Source: an uncultured Candidatus Binatia bacterium (GTDB lineage Bacteria; Desulfobacterota; Binatia; UBA9968; JAJDTQ01). Taken from it: a stretch of DNA of 64,000 nt. A program made the translations under genes and the position numbers. Shown in pieces: positions 60,689-64,000 of the stretch. Below the pieces are notes generated by a model. That model did not search any database. It was not told the origin of the DNA and saw only the letters and a program-made list of their open reading frames with translations. Location of the stretch: NCBI GenBank assembly GCA_965215605.1, contig OZ244070.1, forward strand, positions 3,008,001-3,072,000. Direction: 5' to 3'. Every line of letters begins with the position of its first letter. Position 1 is the stretch's first letter.

Positions 60689-61972
60689 TTAGCCCGACAA
60701 CGCCGTATGCACGGCGCGGCTGATCTCAAACAGCCGGTGATCATGACAGCGGTGCCCCACCAATTGCAAGCCCACGGGAAGGCCCGCGGGCCCCTTGAAG
60801 AGCGGAAGCGTCACGCACGGCACGTGGGTCCAGGTGGCGAGGATGTTGAACGACGTGTCTCCGGTGTTGTCGAGGCCCGCCGGAGCCTCGCCCGGCGCGC
60901 TCGGGGTCAGCAGCACGTCGTGATCCTTCGCCGCCTCCGACAGATAGGCCCGGCAGGCGGCCATGACTCCCTCCGCTTCCCGGTATTCCTCGTAGGAGAC
61001 CACCGGCCAGTCCTTCATCTTGCCCTGCTGGAACTCGCTCAGCAGCTCGAAGTGGTGGGTCCTTTCCCACGACAGCGCACGCGCGATCTCGTAGTCGCTG
61101 ACGCGGCGGCCCATGGCCTCGAAGTCGGCGAAGGGTCCGCCGAGGTCGAGGTCCGACACCGCCGCGCCGGCCTTGGCGAGTTCCGCGGCGGCGCCCTCCA
61201 CCAGCCCCTTGGTGTAGTCCTGGGCCCGGTCCCAAAGCGGCGTGCGGCAGAAGCCCACCCGGAGGCCCTTGAGCGAAACCGCGTCCAGGGGCCGGACCGG
61301 CTCGCCGGTGACGGCCGCCCGGAAGAGCGGCAGGTCCTCCACCGCCCGTCCGAACAGTCCCACGGTGTCGAAGGAGCCGGTGTTCTCCTTGACCCCCTCC
61401 GTGCTGATCTCGCCGTAGCTGGGCTTGTAGCCCACGCAGCCGCAGAACGACGCCGGCCGGATGACCGAGCCCAGGGTCTGGGTGCCGAAGGCCATGAACG
61501 CCATGAAGTCGGCCACGGCCGCCGCCGAGCCGCTGGACGAGCCCCCCGGGGTGTGTGTCGGGTCATGGGGATTCCTGGTCTTCCCGGGGTGGCGGCTGGC
61601 GAACTCGGTCGTAACGGTCTTGCCCAGGAGAACGCCCCCCGCGGCCCGGGTCATGGCCACGCACGCGGCGTCCGCCCGTGGCCGGAAGCCCTCCCAGATG
61701 GGCGAGCCGTAGCTCGTGGGCATGTCGGCGGTGTCCATGATATCCTTGACAGCGAACGGCAGGCCGTGCACCGGTCCGTGATCGGCTGCACGGTCGCGTT
61801 CCGCCGCCTGCGCCAGGGAGTAGTCGGGGTCCAGGTGCATCCAGGCTTCCACATCCGGCTCCCGTTCCTCGATGCGCTCCAAGCAGGCCCGGACCAGTTC
61901 TTCGGAGGCGACGTCGCCCCGGTTGATGCGTTCCACGGCTTGGCTGGCGGAGAGTCGGCACAATTCGTTCAT
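60689..61972 (-). CDS. Amidase-signature family enzyme
   Basis: VKD, GKTVTTE, PGGSSSGSAAAV and GTQTLGSVIRPASFCG. Confidence 0.92.
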   Translation of the reverse strand: MNELCRLSASQAVERINRGDVASEELVRACLERIEEREPDVEAWMHLDPDYSLAQAAERDRAADHGPVHGLPFAVKDIMDTADMPTSYGSPIWEGFRPRADAACVAMTRAAGGVLLGKTVTTEFASRHPGKTRNPHDPTHTPGGSSSGSAAAVADFMAFMAFGTQTLGSVIRPASFCGCVGYKPSYGEISTEGVKENTGSFDTVGLFGRAVEDLPLFRAAVTGEPVRPLDAVSLKGLRVGFCRTPLWDRAQDYTKGLVEGAAAELAKAGAAVSDLDLGGPFADFEAMGRRVSDYEIARALSWERTHHFELLSEFQQGKMKDWPVVSYEEYREAEGVMAACRAYLSEAAKDHDVLLTPSAPGEAPAGLDNTGDTSFNILATWTHVPCVTLPLFKGPAGLPVGLQLVGHRCHDHRLFEISRAVHTALSG

Positions 61973-62074
61973 CGGCGGTATCCTCTGGTTGGTGTGGCGT
62001 TTGGCAATGACGGAGACCTTGCCATAGCACGTTTCCTTTCGGGTTTCGATTAAGAAAATACAAGGAGGTCGGAC

Positions 62075-62482
62075 ATGGTCAAGACCAAGGGACTCTATCA
62101 CAGCGGCATCCCCGTCAATGACATCGACCGGGCGGTGGCGTTCTACCGTGACGTTCTCGGCATGGACGTGGCCAACATCGCCCGCGACGACCTCCGGGGC
62201 CTCGGCCGAGCCGACATGCGCTCCGGCAACAGCATCGTCGTGCTGTTCCAGCGCCCCAACCCCATCGACCGGGACGCCCTCGCCGAGGACGGCGTCACCC
62301 ACCAGGCCTTCTACGTCGACAGCGACGACTTCGAAACCGCCGAGGAACGCATGCGCGCCGCCGGCGTCCGCATCCACGAGGTCCCGGTGGTGGAGCGCCG
62401 CTCCGGCCGCGGCTTCTACTTCTTCGACCCCGACGGCAACCTGCTCCAACTCTACGCGCCGCCGAAGGGTAAGGGGGGATGA
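62075..62482 (+). CDS. VOC/glyoxalase-family protein
   Basis: H..IPV.D..RAV.FY.DVLG, HQAF and YFFDPDGN. RBS AGGAGG. Confidence 0.9.
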   Translation: MVKTKGLYHSGIPVNDIDRAVAFYRDVLGMDVANIARDDLRGLGRADMRSGNSIVVLFQRPNPIDRDALAEDGVTHQAFYVDSDDFETAEERMRAAGVRIHEVPVVERRSGRGFYFFDPDGNLLQLYAPPKGKGG

Positions 62483-62488
62483 CCCCTG

Positions 62489-62528
62489 ACTGGACAAACA
62501 AGTTGGCTAGTCATATAATCTGTCCAGT
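62489..62528 (+). promoter_or_regulatory. vapBC promoter with flanking inverted-repeat operator
   Basis: TGGACA-17 nt-TATAAT. The ACTGGACA / TGTCCAGT inverted repeat covers the -35 and the start site. Confidence 0.75.
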
Positions 62529-62546
62529 TAGTATGGAGGGGCCAGT

Positions 62547-62771
62547 ATGAAGACGATCGGGGCCGCGAAGTTCAAGGAGCAATGTCTGGCTCTCATGGAC
62601 AGCCTTGACGCAGAGGGGTTGATCGTCACCAAACACGGGAAGCCCGTGGCGCGAGTTGTTCCTTACGACCAGCAGTGTGCTGATCTGATCGGCAGCCTGC
62701 GGCACAAAATCGAGATCCGAGGGGATATCTTTACCACGGGTATTCGCTGGGACGCGGATGGTCAACCTTGA
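62547..62771 (+). CDS. Phd/YefM-family antitoxin
   Basis: AAKFKEQCL.LMD and IVTKHGKPVARV. Confidence 0.9.
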   Translation: MKTIGAAKFKEQCLALMDSLDAEGLIVTKHGKPVARVVPYDQQCADLIGSLRHKIEIRGDIFTTGIRWDADGQP

Positions 62772-63153
62772 CACACACATCCTCGTCTTGGCGATCAACG
62801 GTGAACTCCGGCGGTCCGAGCAGGCAGTCCTGACCCGGAATCCATGGTCCATCTCCGCCATCGTTTTGTGGAAGTTGGCCAAGCTCGTTCAACTCGACCG
62901 GCTTGACATGGACCTTGACGACCGTGAGGTGGTCCGAGTCCTGAACCGTCTACAAGTGTGGCCCATTGATCTTGCGATTGCCCGAGCCTCGACTTGGCTT
63001 GATTTCAGAAGCGATCCCGCGGACGAGATCATCGCGGCCACCAGTGTCGTGCACGGTGTGCCGTTGGTCACGCGCGACCGCGTCATGCGCGGTTCGAAGG
63101 TCGTCCCGCTTGCGAACATTCCTCGACGTGCGGAGGGGGCGGAAATAGACTGA
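62758..63153 (+). CDS. vapC: VapC PIN-domain toxin
   Basis: LDTH, S.IS..W, DPAD.IIAAT and LVTRD. Confidence 0.85.
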   Translation: MVNLDTHILVLAINGELRRSEQAVLTRNPWSISAIVLWKLAKLVQLDRLDMDLDDREVVRVLNRLQVWPIDLAIARASTWLDFRSDPADEIIAATSVVHGVPLVTRDRVMRGSKVVPLANIPRRAEGAEID

Positions 63154-63169
63154 TTGCCACGAGCACGAC

Positions 63170-63219
63170 GGAACCTGGATCAAGCCTGTCCCGGGTTTCA
63201 CCCGGGGTCCGGGGTGACG
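63170..63219 (-). repeat. REP-like palindromic element with a nested hairpin
   Basis: Minus strand CGTCACCCCGGA-c-CCCGGGtgaaaCCCGGG-acaggcttgaTCCAGGTTCC. Confidence 0.5.
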
Positions 63220-63280
63220 TTGCGGGCGCTCTGGTGACGTTGAAAGGCTCCGGGATGGCGCTGAGGGTTCTGTCGCGACG

Positions 63281-64000
63281 TTATGGGGAACCTCTCCCCA
63301 ACCGCTCCTCCAACTGCTTGAGGTACAAGCTCCGCGGCTTCACCGGCTTCCCCGCCGAATACCAGTAGCAGTCGCCGCTGGTGCTGTAGGCGCGGGAGCC
63401 GATGGCCCAGTTCCGGGCGGTGGGCGGGCTCTCGCAGATGATGCTGTCGGCGGAGGAATTCCAGAACATCGTCTGGGCGCCGGCCCAGCCGTGGCCGGTG
63501 CCCATGTTGCCTCGGTCCCGGACGTTGAGGGCGTCGCCCTGCACGTGGACGTTGTCGTAGAGGGTGCCCACCGCCCATCGGTGGTGGGGTCCGCTGTCGT
63601 TGTGGGCGTTGCGGGCTTCGCAGTCGAGGAAGACGTTGGGCCCGGGCACGCGTGAGTGCATGACGAAGTCGTGCCGTCCCTGGTTCGAGAAGGCGCGCCG
63701 CACCAGCGTGAGTTGTCCCCGGAGCGCGAAGGCATAGCGGCGCGGGCTGGCGATTTTGGATACGGGATCGAGGCAGGCGGCGTCCTCCACCGTGATCCAT
63801 TTGCCGTGGCGCTCCACGTAGACGCAGCTATAGGCGAAGTGGACGCCGGTGACCTGCCGCACCCAGGCGTTCTCCACCGAGTCCAGAAGGATGAAGTTCC
63901 AGGCGTGGTCCTCGTCGTCGGCCCAGCCGTTGAAATGGGACTCCGCCCGCAGGTTCTCGATGCCCACCTGCGCGATGCGTTCCGGGAAGGTGTACTTGTA
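63281..64000 (-). CDS. C-terminal part of a beta-helix (pectate-lyase-like) protein; 5' partial
   Basis: VGIENL, ENAWVR.V, RHDF, GPH.RWA.G.LYDN, HGWAGA...WN and PRSLY..QL.ER. The frame is open to the window end. Confidence 0.7.
   Translation of the reverse strand, partial: YKYTFPERIAQVGIENLRAESHFNGWADDEDHAWNFILLDSVENAWVRQVTGVHFAYSCVYVERHGKWITVEDAACLDPVSKIASPRRYAFALRGQLTLVRRAFSNQGRHDFVMHSRVPGPNVFLDCEARNAHNDSGPHHRWAVGTLYDNVHVQGDALNVRDRGNMGTGHGWAGAQTMFWNSSADSIICESPPTARNWAIGSRAYSTSGDCYWYSAGKPVKPRSLYLKQLEERLGRGSP

Noticed and set aside
60659-60690. Glycine riboswitch upstream of the AGCS symporter
   Set aside because: The intergenic region is only about 30 nt, leaving no room for an aptamer.

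Overview
This is a high-GC bacterial chromosomal window with no rRNA, tRNA, CRISPR array or integrase that I can support. The mix of TTT transporters, amidohydrolase_2 and LLM enzymes suggests an aromatic-degrading deltaproteobacteria-like lineage, which is an inference. It has five parts. (1) 1-16 kb: hydroxycinnamate/aromatic catabolism (hydroxycinnamoyl-CoA hydratase/lyase, TctCAB, ADP-forming acyl-CoA ligase, LigAB-like pair, hydrolases, LLM, SDR, acetoacetyl-CoA synthetase). (2) 17-26 kb: housekeeping genes (UvrD/PcrA, a divergent GGT, and an aminotransferase-serA-purA operon preceded by a clear ZMP/ZTP riboswitch with its terminator). (3) 26.4-43.4 kb: a lower-GC composite defence island with an AAA-wHTH ATPase, type III-like Res and Mod split by hicBA, an IetAS-like AAA + S8 protease pair, a UvrD helicase with an N-terminal RelE-like domain, a PIN remnant, Mrr and a DUF2283 TA pair. 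(4) 44.7-50.6 kb: a cofactor-maturation operon (TPR, CoxD/CoxE, split XdhC, archaeal-type riboflavin kinase, UbiX, two split-barrel flavin-binding proteins) with no client enzyme in the window. (5) 50.7-64 kb: mixed metabolism, REP-like elements and a vapBC pair. The best candidates for undescribed systems are the Res/Mod-IetAS-RelE-helicase defence cassette and the Moco/prFMN maturation operon. All family assignments come from motif recognition, not database searches.
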